Counted from the first letter of the stretch, positions 29,151-39,378 are shown. The stretch: DNA of 40,944 nucleotides from Neisseriaceae bacterium (GCA_017446355.1 JAFSQZ010000195.1:1-40944); one strand, 5' to 3'. Numbers and translations: made by a program. Notes: generated from the letters alone by a model not told the origin.

Positions 29151-29876
29151 ATGACAAATGAAAACACGCTTTTAATTGTACGTCCAGCCAATCGCCAAGC
29201 GGAAGATTTAGCGATGTGTCATACTGCTGGTTGGCAAGGTGTTGCATTTTCACCATTAAATATTGTACCGCTGCCTGAACAAGCCAACGCCTTAAAGCAA
29301 ACCTTAACCGAAAGTGATGCACTGTTTTGGGTAAGTCCAACAGCAGTAGAAATCGCGCAAAAGCTTTCAGGCAGCCTGAAAACGTTGCAAACACCACATA
29401 TTGCCGTAGGCAAAGCCACGTATTACGCACTAAAAAAAGCAGGTGCAAACAATATTCACGTTAACGAAAACGGCAACGATAGCGAAGCAGCACTTACCCT
29501 AAACATTTGGCAAACGCTGCCTGAAAGTGCAAAAATTGGTATTATTGCAGGCGAAAACGGTCGTTCATTTTTGCAACAACAATTAACAGAACGCGGTTTT
29601 AATGTCCACGTATGCACGATTTACCAACGCCAAGAAATTCCTTTAAACTGGCAAACATTTCAGGCAGCCAAACCACGCGCTGCTTGGGTAACATCATCGC
29701 AACAAGCACAACTACTTTTTGCACAAACACCCACAGCATTAACGCAGCAAGTGCAAACCTTGTTATACTTCACCCATCACGAACGCATTCGTAGCACTTT
29801 ATTATCTTGCGGTGCGCAAAATGTATTTTTGGTTAAAGACCTGCAACAAGCTCTTAACCTTTTGAATAATCAATAG
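29151..29876 (+). CDS. hemD: Uroporphyrinogen-III synthase (HemD family)
   Basis: About 241 aa from MTNENTLLIVRPANRQAEDL... The sequence signal is weak but typical of HemD, supported by synteny with hemX-hemY immediately downstream. Confidence 0.7.
   Translation: MTNENTLLIVRPANRQAEDLAMCHTAGWQGVAFSPLNIVPLPEQANALKQTLTESDALFWVSPTAVEIAQKLSGSLKTLQTPHIAVGKATYYALKKAGANNIHVNENGNDSEAALTLNIWQTLPESAKIGIIAGENGRSFLQQQLTERGFNVHVCTIYQRQEIPLNWQTFQAAKPRAAWVTSSQQAQLLFAQTPTALTQQVQTLLYFTHHERIRSTLLSCGAQNVFLVKDLQQALNLLNNQ
29366..29380. repeat. DUS 15-mer TTCAGGCAGCCTGAA
   Basis: Exact match inside hemD, where it encodes LSGSLK. Confidence 0.9.
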
Positions 29877-29900
29877 TTTTGTATTGAAACGGAGAACATC

Positions 29901-31235
29901 ATGAGCGATAAATCCTCTCAATCTACTAATGAAAACAGTAACGAAAACACTGTTCAATCACCTAAAAACGAACAAAACACGCCTGCAAGCGAAAAAAACG
30001 AAACATCAAAAACCACGCCCAAGCAGCCTGAAAAACCTATTCATACGCCAGTCGTGGCGCAAACCAAAAACCACAGCAATAGCAGCGGTAAAGGTATTGC
30101 AGTTGGGGCATTGGTATTGAGTTTATTGGCTTTGGGCGCAAGCGGCTTTCTGTTTGTGCAAGGACAAAATACGCTCAAAAATCAAGAATTACAATTTAAT
30201 CGTTCACTAGACAAAGCCGCTTTGGGCAACAGTGAAAACGGCGTATTATTGCAAAACGCGCTGACTCAACAAAATCTATTTAATCAACAAGTTGAAGACA
30301 TTAAAAAAACACAAGCCGACAACGAACAACGTCTTAATAACGTTCAGGCAGCCTATGCAGAACTCCTAAAAGGACGTATGGGTTGGTTAATCAACGAAGT
30401 AGAAGTTACCTTAAACGTCGCTTCACAACAATTACTGCTTTCAGGCAATGTCCCTATGGCAATCAGTATGCTGGAAAATATTGAACAACGTTTAAATCGT
30501 TTTGACCAACCTGAACTTTTGCCCATTAAACAAGCCATTAGCCAAGATTTAAGTACCTTAAAAACCCTACCCTACATCAATATTTCTGCCACCACGCTCC
30601 ATTTGGATCGGCTACAAAACAGTCTCAACGATTTACCGTTAATCGTTGATGACACCTTACAAGCCCAAAACAAACCCACACCGTCTTCGCAAGCCAGCAA
30701 TTTTATGCAACGCACTTGGGAAAACACCGTAAACGCCGTCAAAGATATGGTAGAAGTTCGCAAATTGCAAAGCAACGATACAATGTTGCTTGCACCAGAA
30801 CAAATTTATTTTATCCGCGAAAACCTACGTTTACGCTTATTAGACGCTCGTTTGGCTCTAATGCAACACAATAATGAAGTTTATCAAAATGATTTAAACG
30901 CAATAGAAACCACTGTTAAACAATACTTCAATGTGCAAGCACAAAGCACGCAAGATTGGCTCAAAGAACTAGACAGTCTCAAAATTTCCAACATTAAAAC
31001 CGTTTCAGATGAAACCCTAAAAAACAGCATCAATGCTGTGCGAGCCTACCAAAACAATATGCAAAACACCATCAGCATTGCGCTGCCTGAAAACAACGAC
31101 ACCACAGTGATTTCTGCTTCTGACACCACCAGCATCGCAAGTGGCGAAGAAACAAAAGACGAAACACGCGCCGCTAGCGAAGTAAATAAAAATGCCAGCG
31201 AACCTGCATCACAAGCAGGAGGTAAAACATTATGA
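29901..31235 (+). CDS. hemX: HemX-family membrane protein
   Basis: 444-aa ORF with a low-complexity N-terminus, one TM helix (IAVGALVLSLLALGASGFLFV) and a long coiled-coil or periplasmic region. GGAGA SD. Located between hemD and hemY. Confidence 0.7.
   Translation: MSDKSSQSTNENSNENTVQSPKNEQNTPASEKNETSKTTPKQPEKPIHTPVVAQTKNHSNSSGKGIAVGALVLSLLALGASGFLFVQGQNTLKNQELQFNRSLDKAALGNSENGVLLQNALTQQNLFNQQVEDIKKTQADNEQRLNNVQAAYAELLKGRMGWLINEVEVTLNVASQQLLLSGNVPMAISMLENIEQRLNRFDQPELLPIKQAISQDLSTLKTLPYINISATTLHLDRLQNSLNDLPLIVDDTLQAQNKPTPSSQASNFMQRTWENTVNAVKDMVEVRKLQSNDTMLLAPEQIYFIRENLRLRLLDARLALMQHNNEVYQNDLNAIETTVKQYFNVQAQSTQDWLKELDSLKISNIKTVSDETLKNSINAVRAYQNNMQNTISIALPENNDTTVISASDTTSIASGEETKDETRAASEVNKNASEPASQAGGKTL
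30343..30354. repeat. DUS 12-mer (TTCAGGCAGCCT on the plus strand)
   Basis: Exact 12-mer inside hemX, where it encodes VQAAY. Confidence 0.85.
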
Positions 31236-32428
31236 AACAACTCATTTGGATCATTGTTTTATTCGCGATTGCTATGGGCATCGCACTTGCCGCAAAAACC
31301 TATTCAGGCAATGTATTTATCGTGGTAGAAAGTTATTTGGTGCGCATCAACCTTCACCTATTTATTGTGGCTTTGGTGTTGGGCGTTGTATTGTTGTATT
31401 TACTCATCAAATTACTGTCTGGCGTATTAGCAACACCAGAGCGCGTAAGCTTATTCAGCAAAAACCACCGTTCACGTCAAGCCAGCAAAGCTTTAAATGC
31501 AGCAGGTTTAGCATTTTTTGAAGGCAAATATCAACAAGCGGAACAAGCAGCATCAAAAGTTTTAACCAACAAAGAAGCAGGAGCCAACCGCGTTTTGGCA
31601 TTGATGATTGGCGCACACGCTGCCAATCAAATGGGCAACAAGGACTTACGTAACCAATATCTTGCCGACATTGCCAAGCTGCCTGAAAAACAACAATTGT
31701 CGCGTCATTTACTATTGGCAGAAAGCGCACTGAATGCTGAAAACAACGAAGAAGCCAGCAACCATTTAAAAGCAGCCGCACAAATCAATCCATCATTAAC
31801 ACGCTTGGTACAATTGCAATTACGCCAAGCCAGTCATCAAGGCAACGCTTTGGAAATGCTGGATAAAGCCAATAAACTACAACGCGCAGGTGCCATCAAC
31901 AACCAAGAAGCGCAACGCTATACTGACTTAGCCTATGAACAATTATTATCATTAGCCACTGATGCAGACAGTATGAAAGACGCGCTAAAACGCATTCCCA
32001 GCGAATTAGCCAATGGTCGTTTTTGTGCCAAAATTGCCGACCGTTACGTGCAATTAGGTTTGTATCCACAAGCCATCAAATGGGTGGGCAAACACTATCC
32101 TATTTCTCATGATGGTGCATTGCTGCCTGCATTTACCAACAGCGTACCTTATTTAGATGAACACGCCCAAAACAGAGCGATGGACACCGCCACATCTTGG
32201 GTCAAAGACAGCCCCAACGATGCACAATTATTGGCGCATTTAGGCAAATTAGCGTATAGCCAACAACTTTGGGGCAAAGCGAAAAACTATTTAGAAACCA
32301 GTTTAAAAATTGAACCCAGCAACAACGCTCGTTTGGCTTTGGCAAAAGTATTTGATGAAGTAGGCGACAAACAAGCCGCAGCAGAGCAGCGTCAACTTAT
32401 TTTAAATACTTTAACCGAAGACGAATAA
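31232..32428 (+). CDS. hemY: HemY-family TPR membrane protein
   Basis: 398-aa ORF with two N-terminal TM helices followed by TPR-like repeats. ATGA overlap with the hemX stop. Confidence 0.75.
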   Translation: MKQLIWIIVLFAIAMGIALAAKTYSGNVFIVVESYLVRINLHLFIVALVLGVVLLYLLIKLLSGVLATPERVSLFSKNHRSRQASKALNAAGLAFFEGKYQQAEQAASKVLTNKEAGANRVLALMIGAHAANQMGNKDLRNQYLADIAKLPEKQQLSRHLLLAESALNAENNEEASNHLKAAAQINPSLTRLVQLQLRQASHQGNALEMLDKANKLQRAGAINNQEAQRYTDLAYEQLLSLATDADSMKDALKRIPSELANGRFCAKIADRYVQLGLYPQAIKWVGKHYPISHDGALLPAFTNSVPYLDEHAQNRAMDTATSWVKDSPNDAQLLAHLGKLAYSQQLWGKAKNYLETSLKIEPSNNARLALAKVFDEVGDKQAAAEQRQLILNTLTEDE

Positions 32429-32582
32429 ACCATTTTCAAACCCAACCCTGTAAAACGCGTCATTCTGAACTTTAACATAGGGAAAAGAAGCATCTCATTT
32501 TCTGCTTTCTGTTTTATGTTTTATAAAAATTCTTCTTCATCATTGTTCAGAATGACGAATATAAATAAGCGTTTGCAGAAGT

Positions 32583-32597
32583 TTCAGGCAGCCTGAA
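32583..32597. repeat. DUS 15-mer TTCAGGCAGCCTGAA
   Basis: Exact match downstream of hemY. Confidence 0.9.
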
Positions 32598-32610
32598 ACC
32601 GCTGCCTGAA
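32583..32610 (+). terminator. DUS-derived hairpin downstream of hemY
   Basis: TTCAGGCAGC pairs with GCTGCCTGAA around an 8-nt loop, followed by AGCTTTTC. Confidence 0.4.
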
Positions 32611-32646
32611 AGCTTTTCAACCATCAAAACGAAAGTAAAGTAAACA

Positions 32647-33381
32647 ATGTCCACAGACCCAATCAGACTATCTAAACGTATGGCAGAACTTGGCTTATGT
32701 TCGCGCCGTGAAGCCGATGGCTATATTGAACAAGGTTGGGTCAAAGTCAATGGACAAATTGCTCAACTCGGACAAAAAGTATGCACAACTGACCGTATTG
32801 AATTAAACAAACAAGCACATCAACAACAAGCCGAACGTGTAACCATTTTACTGAATAAACCCATCGGTTACGTCAGTGGGCAGCCTGAAAACAACTACCG
32901 CTCCGCTATTGAACTGATTAACGCCGAAAATCATTGGTTGGGTGATACATCACGAATTATCTACAAAGACCGTCATAAAAAAGGACTTGCCCCAGCAGGT
33001 CGTTTAGACATCAACTCCATAGGTTTACTGGTACTCACACAAGACGGCAGAATTGCCAAGCAACTAATTGGCGAACAAAGCAATCGTGAAAAAGAATATT
33101 TGGTACGCGTCAAAGGTCAATTAAGCGATGAAGGTTTAGCCTTGCTCAATCACGGATTAAGCCTAGACGGTGAAAAACTCCGTCCTGCAAAAGTATTTTG
33201 GCAAAACGAAAATCAACTCCGCTTTATTTTGCGTCAAGGCAAAAAACGCCAAATTCGGCGTATGTGTGAACTCGTAGGTTTACGCGTCATCGGATTAAAA
33301 CGCGTACGCATTGGCAAAGTCAAACTGGGCGCATTACCCATCGGAAAATGGCGTTACCTTGCGCCAAACGAACACTTCTAA
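32647..33381 (+). CDS. rluF: RsuA/RluF-family pseudouridine synthase with S4 domain
   Basis: 244-aa [33 protein letters not shown] is the S4 domain, [17 protein letters not shown] the catalytic Asp motif, and [10 protein letters not shown] is also present. Confidence 0.8.
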   Translation: MSTDPIRLSKRMAELGLCSRREADGYIEQGWVKVNGQIAQLGQKVCTTDRIELNKQAHQQQAERVTILLNKPIGYVSGQPENNYRSAIELINAENHWLGDTSRIIYKDRHKKGLAPAGRLDINSIGLLVLTQDGRIAKQLIGEQSNREKEYLVRVKGQLSDEGLALLNHGLSLDGEKLRPAKVFWQNENQLRFILRQGKKRQIRRMCELVGLRVIGLKRVRIGKVKLGALPIGKWRYLAPNEHF

Positions 33382-33385
33382 TCTT

Positions 33386-33400
33386 TTCAGGCAGCCTGAA
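33386..33400. repeat. DUS 15-mer TTCAGGCAGCCTGAA
   Basis: Exact match, in the rluF-trpS spacer. Confidence 0.9.
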
Positions 33401-33437
33401 AAAACATTCACCCAAAACAAAATTAAAAGGAAACATT

Positions 33438-34448
33438 ATGAGTAAACGTGTTTTAACAGGGGTAACCACCACAGGCATTCCCCATCTAGGCAACTATGTC
33501 GGTGCCATTCGTCCTGCCATTGCCGCAGCCGCAGAACAAAACGTAGAATCCTATTTATTTTTAGCCAACTATCACGGCATCATCAAATGCCACGACCCAG
33601 CTATGATTGAAGAATCCACACGCGCCGTTGCTGCAACTTGGTTAGCCTGTGGATTAGACGTAGAGCGCACCACATTTTATCGTCAATCCGACATTCCTGA
33701 AATTCTAGAATTAAACTGGATTTTAACCTGCATCACCCCAAAAGGCTTAATGAACCGCGCACACGCCTATAAAGCAGCAGTACAAACCAATCTAGACGCA
33801 GGACAAGAAGACCAAGATTTCCAAATAGAAATGGGCTTATACACCTACCCTATTCTGATGACTGCCGACATTTTAATGTTCAAAGCCCACGATATTCCAG
33901 TTGGACGCGACCAAATTCAACACGTAGAAATGGCGCGTGATATTGCGCAACGTTTCAACCATCGTTTTGGTAAAGAAATATTTGTGCTGCCTGAAGCAAA
34001 AGTTGATGAAAACGTACAACTACTGGTCGGTTTAGATGGAAGAAAAATGTCCAAAAGTTATGGCAACACCATTCCCCTTTTCCAAACACCCAAACAACGT
34101 CAAAAAGCCATCAACAAAATCATTACCAATCTCAAAGAACCAGGAGAACCCAAACACAAAGACGAAAGCCCCTTGTTTGAAATTTATCAAGCATTTGCCA
34201 GTGTTGAAGAAACACGCGAATTTGAACGCGCACTCAACGAAGGTTTAGCTTGGGGAGAAGCCAAAAAAATCCTATCCGCAAAAATTGGTGAAGAATTAGA
34301 CAGTAAAACCGATGCCTACAACGACTTAATCGCTAACCCATCACGCATTGAAGACATCTTGCAAGCAGGCGCAAGCAAAGCACGTCAAGAAGCAAAAGAA
34401 TTATTGGCACAAGTCAAAGACGCAGTTGGTATTCGCGCATTGAAATAA
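33438..34448 (+). CDS. trpS: Tryptophan--tRNA ligase
   Basis: [26 protein letters not shown] carries a HIGH-type motif, and KMSKS is present. The ATG at 33438 has AAAAGGA upstream. The longer ORF-track start reads through a DUS. Confidence 0.92.
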   Translation: MSKRVLTGVTTTGIPHLGNYVGAIRPAIAAAAEQNVESYLFLANYHGIIKCHDPAMIEESTRAVAATWLACGLDVERTTFYRQSDIPEILELNWILTCITPKGLMNRAHAYKAAVQTNLDAGQEDQDFQIEMGLYTYPILMTADILMFKAHDIPVGRDQIQHVEMARDIAQRFNHRFGKEIFVLPEAKVDENVQLLVGLDGRKMSKSYGNTIPLFQTPKQRQKAINKIITNLKEPGEPKHKDESPLFEIYQAFASVEETREFERALNEGLAWGEAKKILSAKIGEELDSKTDAYNDLIANPSRIEDILQAGASKARQEAKELLAQVKDAVGIRALK

Positions 34449-34463
34449 TGCACATCAATATTT

Positions 34464-34498
34464 TTCAGGCAGCCAGCATCTCATTCAGGCTGCCTGAA
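34464..34498. terminator. DUS-derived hairpin between convergent trpS and nudB
   Basis: TTCAGGCAGCC (34464-34474) pairs with GGCTGCCTGAA (34488-34498) around a 13-nt loop. There is no U-tract, and the nudB stop codon lies inside the right arm. Confidence 0.4.
34484..34498. repeat. DUS 15-mer TTCAGGCTGCCTGAA
   Basis: Exact match that contains the nudB stop codon. Confidence 0.9.
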
Positions 34499-34943
34499 AC
34501 ACTTCCCACCATTTCAGAATAATTTCCCGATTGGAAGGAGAAAACACTAATTGTGCAGCTTGTGGTGCAGGCAACCATTGTTGCGCTGTGTGTTCGCTTA
34601 ATTGAACGACAGTCTTTTCAGGCAGCGTATAAGAAAACCAGTGTTCCGTGTTGTGTGTAACACCGTCTGGATAGCGGTGTCGCCAATGTTCAAAAATTTC
34701 GTATTGACAAGAATAATGCCAATCATCAAGCTTTTCAGGCAGCATAACAATGCCTGTTTCTTCTTTCACTTCACGCAAAGCTGCCTGAAAAGGCGTTTCA
34801 CCTAATTCCAAGCTGCCTGTAACCGACTGCCAAAATCCTGCTCTGTCTTTGCGTTCTAACAGTAATACATTTCCACCATCATCGTGCAGCAACACCAAGA
34901 CGGAAACAGGAATTTTTTTGGTAGGCTTGGTAAGGGTAGACAT
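34485..34943 (-). CDS. nudB: Dihydroneopterin triphosphate diphosphatase (Nudix)
   Basis: 152-aa ORF with Nudix box GSLELGETPFQAALREVKEETGI, plus FWQSVTG and NTEHWF as in E. coli NudB. Confidence 0.85.
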   Translation of the reverse strand: MSTLTKPTKKIPVSVLVLLHDDGGNVLLLERKDRAGFWQSVTGSLELGETPFQAALREVKEETGIVMLPEKLDDWHYSCQYEIFEHWRHRYPDGVTHNTEHWFSYTLPEKTVVQLSEHTAQQWLPAPQAAQLVFSPSNREIILKWWEVFQAA

Positions 34944-36359
34944 TTAACTGTTTTCTTTGGTTTCGTTAATGACAGTATTGTTTTGTACGGCTTGCATCGC
35001 TTGCAACAAGGCTTGATGATTAAGATTGTTTTCACTGGGTGCAAAACGAATTTCACGTTGTGGGAATGGGAAATCTATGTTTTCTTCGTTAAAACGTTGC
35101 CAAATGGTCAGGAAAATAGCAGAAAATAATCCCATATAACCATTTTCAGGGTCTTTGACCCAAAAACCAACACGTAAATCAATGCCGTTTGCACCAAAAC
35201 CTACTAAAAATGCACCAGGTGGCGACTCTTCTGTATCTACACGTTCTTGTGCCGCTGCTGCTTCGGTCAAAATGGTCAAAGCTCGAGGAACATCAGTCGC
35301 ATAAGCAACTTGCACATCAAGCAATTGGAAAACTTTTGTGTCGGTATAGGATTCGTTGATAACTGGAGAAGTAACAAAAGTTTCATTAGGAATTAAGGCT
35401 TCTTGTCCTGTGTGATTACGTAACACAACAAAACGAGAAGTGATTTTGGTAACGTGTCCAGTAAAGTTATTTACCGTTAAACGGTCGCCAATACGCACGG
35501 ATTTATCGGCAAGAATAATAAAACCTGAAATGTAGTTGCTGGCAATTTTTTGTAAACCAAAACCAAAACCAACACCCAATGCACCACTTAATACCGATAA
35601 TGCACTTAAATTGATGCCGATGGTGGGCAAGGCAATAATGACGGATAAAAAGACAATTAGACCTGTAACAATTTTAGACAACATCATACGCAAGTTAGGG
35701 TCTAAACTGGTAATACCCATCACTTTATGCGTAGCGGTTCGGTTGAGCCACATCATAATAATGCCAAAAATAGTGAGCCAAAAAATTGCCAACACAATCA
35801 TCAGCATATTGAGCTTAAACGAACCAAAATTAAATTGAACGCTTTCTAATGCTTTACCAATAACTGCATCGTAACCACTTAAACGCAGCAAAAAATAGCC
35901 CCACAAAATTAAATTTAAAATGTGTTTAATGCGCGTAAATAAAGTGCTGTGTGGCGGTAATGCCATTTGCAACAACCAAATAAACACGCGTGTAAACAAC
36001 ATCCAATGGGCTATCAATGCCATTAAACGTAGCCACACCGTACCCAAGCCCATCAGTTGCCAAGAAGTCATCGCAACCATACTGGCTATCAGCATCACAA
36101 TGGGTTGTAAAAGTTGTTGTGTCAGCAATCGCAAAGGCTGCCAAGGAAGATTTTGAATACTGGGCAAACGAGCAATGTGGCGCGTGATAAGATAAACCAC
36201 CAACATAAATGCCAACATTAATCCCAAACCCAGCCACAAACCAGATGAACGAATATCGCTATTAAGTAAAAGTTGACGAAACACTTCGCGCGATAAAATA
36301 CTGTTGAAAAAACCTTCTAATTGCGAAAAATCCATGGTTACCAATCCATATAAAATCAT
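34944..36359 (-). CDS. Mechanosensitive ion channel, MscS family
   Basis: 471-aa ORF with multiple N-terminal TM helices and then the MscS core GVGFGFGLQKIASNYISGFIILADKSVRIGDRLTV. The start is either 36359 (which overlaps a DUS) or 36335. Its stop abuts the nudB ATG. Confidence 0.85.
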   Translation of the reverse strand: MILYGLVTMDFSQLEGFFNSILSREVFRQLLLNSDIRSSGLWLGLGLMLAFMLVVYLITRHIARLPSIQNLPWQPLRLLTQQLLQPIVMLIASMVAMTSWQLMGLGTVWLRLMALIAHWMLFTRVFIWLLQMALPPHSTLFTRIKHILNLILWGYFLLRLSGYDAVIGKALESVQFNFGSFKLNMLMIVLAIFWLTIFGIIMMWLNRTATHKVMGITSLDPNLRMMLSKIVTGLIVFLSVIIALPTIGINLSALSVLSGALGVGFGFGLQKIASNYISGFIILADKSVRIGDRLTVNNFTGHVTKITSRFVVLRNHTGQEALIPNETFVTSPVINESYTDTKVFQLLDVQVAYATDVPRALTILTEAAAAQERVDTEESPPGAFLVGFGANGIDLRVGFWVKDPENGYMGLFSAIFLTIWQRFNEENIDFPFPQREIRFAPSENNLNHQALLQAMQAVQNNTVINETKENS

Positions 36360-36373
36360 TCAGGCAGCCTGAA
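36359..36373. repeat. DUS 15-mer TTCAGGCAGCCTGAA
   Basis: Exact match at the 5' edge of the MscS-family gene. Confidence 0.9.
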
Positions 36374-36488
36374 CAGACAGCCTGAAAAAATGAGAACAAC
36401 ATTATAAAAGGTAGTAGAAAAATCTCAAACACAAAGACCTATTTTACGCGAATTTTGTTGGAAACTTCGCTATAATAGCGTGATTCTT

Positions 36489-36503
36489 TTCAGGCTGCCT
36501 GAA
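36489..36503. repeat. DUS 15-mer TTCAGGCTGCCTGAA
   Basis: Exact match, 48 nt upstream of the pgk ATG. Confidence 0.9.
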
Positions 36504-36550
36504 AACGTTGCCAATTGAAAACGTTTAACTACTTTTACAAGGAATAAACC

Positions 36551-37729
36551 ATGAGTTTTCTAAAATTAACCGAACAAAACGTCACCGGTAAAACCGTATT
36601 GATACGTGCGGATTTAAATGTACCGTTTAAAGATGGTCGCATTGCAGACGACACACGTATTCGCGCTTCTTTACCTTCCATTGAATATTGTTTAAATCAA
36701 GGCGCAAGCGTCATTGTGATGACCCATTTAGGTCGTCCAACCGAAGGAGAACTAAAACCAGAAGACGATGTTGCACCTGTGGCAGAATATTTAGGTAACT
36801 TATTGAAAAAAGAAGTAAAAGTATTAAACGATTGGCGTGAAAACCCACCAAAACTCAATGCAGGTGAAGTTGCCTTATTGCAAAATGTACGCATCAACAA
36901 AGGCGAAAAGAAAAACGATGCCGCATTAGGTCAAGCATATGCCGCCTTATGTGATGTATTTGTAAACGATGCATTCGGCACAGCACACCGCGCTCAAGCA
37001 TCAACAGAAGCTGTTGCAGCGGCTGCGCCTATATCTGTGGCAGGAATTCTAATGTCAGCTGAACTAGATGCATTAGGCAAAGCTTTGCAATCCCCTGCTC
37101 GTCCAATGGTAGCCATTGTTGCAGGCAGCAAAGTATCTACTAAATTAACCATTTTAGAAAGTTTAGCAGACAAAGTAGATCAACTGATTGTGGGCGGTGG
37201 TATTGCCAACACATTCTTATTGGCGCAAGGCAAAAATATTGGAAACTCTTTGGCTGAACCTGATTTAGTGGACGAAGCAAAAAAAATCATAGACAAAATG
37301 GCAGCAAAAGGTGGCGTTGTGCCACTACCTGTTGATGTAGTATGTGCCAAAGAATTTTCTGAAAATGCACCTGCTATTGCCAAATCCATTGATGAAGTAG
37401 CCGCTGATGATATGATTTTAGACATTGGCGAACAATCTGCACAAACACTGGCTGAAATGCTGAAAAACGCTGGAACCATTGTTTGGAATGGTCCTGTTGG
37501 CGTATTTGAATTTGCACAATTTGCCAAAGGCACAGAAATCGTTGCACAAGCCGTAGCGCAAAGCAAAGGCTTTTCTATTGCAGGCGGTGGCGACACTTTA
37601 GCTGCCATTGCAAAATTCGGCATTACCGAACAAATCGGTTACATTTCCACAGGTGGCGGCGCATTTCTAGAATTTCTAGAAGGCAAAGAATTACCTGCTG
37701 TAGCTGCATTAGAAAAATTTGCACAATAA
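36551..37729 (+). CDS. pgk: Phosphoglycerate kinase
   Basis: 392-aa ORF with [17 protein letters not shown] and SIAGGGDT motifs. Confidence 0.95.
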   Translation: MSFLKLTEQNVTGKTVLIRADLNVPFKDGRIADDTRIRASLPSIEYCLNQGASVIVMTHLGRPTEGELKPEDDVAPVAEYLGNLLKKEVKVLNDWRENPPKLNAGEVALLQNVRINKGEKKNDAALGQAYAALCDVFVNDAFGTAHRAQASTEAVAAAAPISVAGILMSAELDALGKALQSPARPMVAIVAGSKVSTKLTILESLADKVDQLIVGGGIANTFLLAQGKNIGNSLAEPDLVDEAKKIIDKMAAKGGVVPLPVDVVCAKEFSENAPAIAKSIDEVAADDMILDIGEQSAQTLAEMLKNAGTIVWNGPVGVFEFAQFAKGTEIVAQAVAQSKGFSIAGGGDTLAAIAKFGITEQIGYISTGGGAFLEFLEGKELPAVAALEKFAQ

Positions 37730-37747
37730 TCACATATCTTTTACGCA

Positions 37748-37793
37748 TTCAGGCAGCCTGAACAAAAAAACTTTGAGTTTCAGGCTGCCTGAA
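37748..37793 (+). terminator. Inverted pair of full 15-mer DUS downstream of pgk
   Basis: TTCAGGCAGCCTGAA (37748-37762) and TTCAGGCTGCCTGAA (37779-37793) form a 15-bp stem with a 16-nt loop. There is no U-tract. Confidence 0.45.
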
Positions 37794-37829
37794 CGTCCAT
37801 AAACCACTTTTAAACGCCTACAAAACGAA

Positions 37830-37910
37830 TTTCTGCGAGCAAAGTAAAGCTAAAACTTTGTTTGACAAATCCAAAACAAAGTTTCTGCGAACCATAAGGC
37901 GAAGCTAAAA
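37830..37910 (+). repeat. Two direct TTTCTGCGA...GCTAAAA repeats flanking an 8-bp hairpin
   Basis: TTTCTGCGAGCAAAGTAAAGCTAAAA (37830-37855) and TTTCTGCGAACCATAAGGCGAAGCTAAAA (37882-37910) are separated by CTTTGTTT...AAACAAAG. An inverted partial copy GCTTCGCAGAAAC occurs at about 38166-38178. Confidence 0.5.
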
Positions 37911-37917
37911 AAGATAC

Positions 37918-37961
37918 GGTCATTGCAAGACTTAAACACAGTTCAAGGCGTGGCAATCTCC
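37918..37961 (-). repeat. Hairpin repeat unit, copy 2 (inverted orientation)
   Basis: The reverse complement reads GGAGATTGCCACGCCTTGAACTGTGTTTAAGTCTTGCAATGACC. The flanks match copy 1, but the central imperfect hairpin is different. Confidence 0.55.
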
Positions 37962-38015
37962 AAACTACGGAGAACAAACTTTGATTGATACATAGCAATG
38001 ACGCAGATTAAATCA

Positions 38016-38058
38016 GGAGATTGCCACAACTTGACTATCGTCAAGTCTCGCAATGACA
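38016..38058 (+). repeat. Hairpin repeat unit, copy 3
   Basis: GGAGATTGCCACAACTTGACTATCGTCAAGTCTCGCAATGACA. The flanks match, with a different inner stem ACTTGAC/GTCAAGT. Confidence 0.6.
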
Positions 38059-38073
38059 GAAATTTTGAAATAT

Positions 38074-38344
38074 TTCAGGCTAGGCAGATTAAAGTTTCAA
38101 GTGCAACACTTTAAGTGTTGTTGAAATACTTCTTTTGGTGTTTACCAGCCTAATGACTTTGGCTTCGCAGAAACTTCGTTTTAACTTCACTTCGTTCGCG
38201 GAAACTAAGAAATTGGTTCGATTTATCAATTTTTATAACACGGTTAAGCCTCATTCAGGACTGAATGGCGATACTCCTTTTGAAGTCTTGAAGGCTTTAT
38301 TCTCAACCCATTGTGTAAATAACGCGATGATTTCTAACAGATAA
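38074..38344 (+). mobile_element. Second IS30-like remnant: left terminal sequence fused to a transposase C-terminal fragment
   Basis: 38074-38112 is 33/39 identical to 5278-5316. The tail of the 69-aa ORF, LVRFINFYNTVKPHSGLNGDTPFEVLKALF, matches the conserved end of rve/DDE transposases (NxxxRPxxxLxxxTPxEV). Everything between the end and this tail is missing. Confidence 0.55.
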
Positions 38345-38835
38345 GTTAATATTATTACCTAAATTTTCTATACTAACTTTATTGACAGCTTTGTTAAATC
38401 TATACTTTAATGGATGTCTATCTCTAACCTTAAGAAATTTATTTTTTTCTACACAAAACACAAGATTAGCAACAACCATTTTTAGATTGTTATTGTGTGC
38501 AATAGTTTCATCAGCATTTTTGAAATAATCCACATCAACAAAATCATCGGGATCAATAAATGTTACCCAATCAGCTTTTACACATTGTAATCCCAAGTTG
38601 CGTGCCGATGCTTGCCCGCCATTTTCTTTATAATAATAGTGGATATTATTTGGATATTTTTTCTGCCATTTTTTTATAATGGCAGCAGAGTGATCACTTG
38701 AACCATCATCTACTAGAATAAGCTGGATATGTTTTTTAAAATCCAAGCTTTGGTGAACCAAACTATTAAAATAGTCGTCTAAATATTTCTCAACATTGTA
38801 TACAGCAGAAACTACCGCATATTAATATTTTCCAT
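38303..38835 (-). pseudogene. Family 2 glycosyltransferase, frameshifted at the N-terminus and truncated at the C-terminus
   Basis: The open frame 38821-38303 reads ...VVSAVYNVEKYLDDYFNSLVHQSLDFKKHIQLILVDDGSSDHS...GGQASARNLGL...FIDPDDF, a GT2 Rossmann and DxD region. The only ATG (38835, MENINMR*) is in another frame, so a 1-nt indel lies near 38812-38821. The frame ends inside the IS remnant after about 170 codons. Confidence 0.7.
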
Positions 38836-38997
38836 TGTACTTAGGTATGTAGTTTCAATCGCAAGATGTGATGTTTTACATACATATCACGAAAAAATTT
38901 TTTTGGATCTCTGAATAATTTTTTTAACTTCTTATTTTGTAACATAATATCATTCTTTCATTTAAATGTTTCGCAAGAAAAATCCTTATCAACAGTT

Positions 38998-39378
38998 TTA
39001 AACATCAATAATATTGTCTTTGTCTTCTTTTCTTAAAAACCATTTACTCATTAGTGCTTCTGCTTTGGCCTTATGTATGGGTTTGACATAAGCAGCGGTG
39101 GTTGCTAGGGCTGCAAGAAGTACAGCTAAATCATCGGTAAAACCTGCCATCGGTATAACATCTGGAATGGTATCAATTGGAAAAATTAGGTAACCCAATG
39201 CGCCATAAATGGTACGCTTTGCCCATTTTGGCGTTTCTTGATCAAGTGCTGCATAATAAAGTTGCAAGGCAGGTACGATTACTTTTTGACCTGCACTTTT
39301 GATGATTTTGGGTATTTTGGCAAACAGTTTTTGTTTGGAATAATATTGTTCATGCCGTTTGGTTTGATGTCTGTCCAT
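38998..39378 (-). CDS. DUF1232 (YkvA-like) membrane protein
   Basis: 126-aa ORF. KWAKRTIYGALGYLIFPIDTIPDVIPMAGFTDDLAVLLAAL matches the DUF1232 signature (PxDxIPDxIPxxGxxDDxxV). Confidence 0.75.
   Translation of the reverse strand: MDRHQTKRHEQYYSKQKLFAKIPKIIKSAGQKVIVPALQLYYAALDQETPKWAKRTIYGALGYLIFPIDTIPDVIPMAGFTDDLAVLLAALATTAAYVKPIHKAKAEALMSKWFLRKEDKDNIIDV

Noticed and set aside
38205-38225. GGTTCGAT, a tRNA T-loop-like motif.
   Set aside because: No acceptor or anticodon stems can be drawn around it, and it lies inside the transposase C-terminal fragment.
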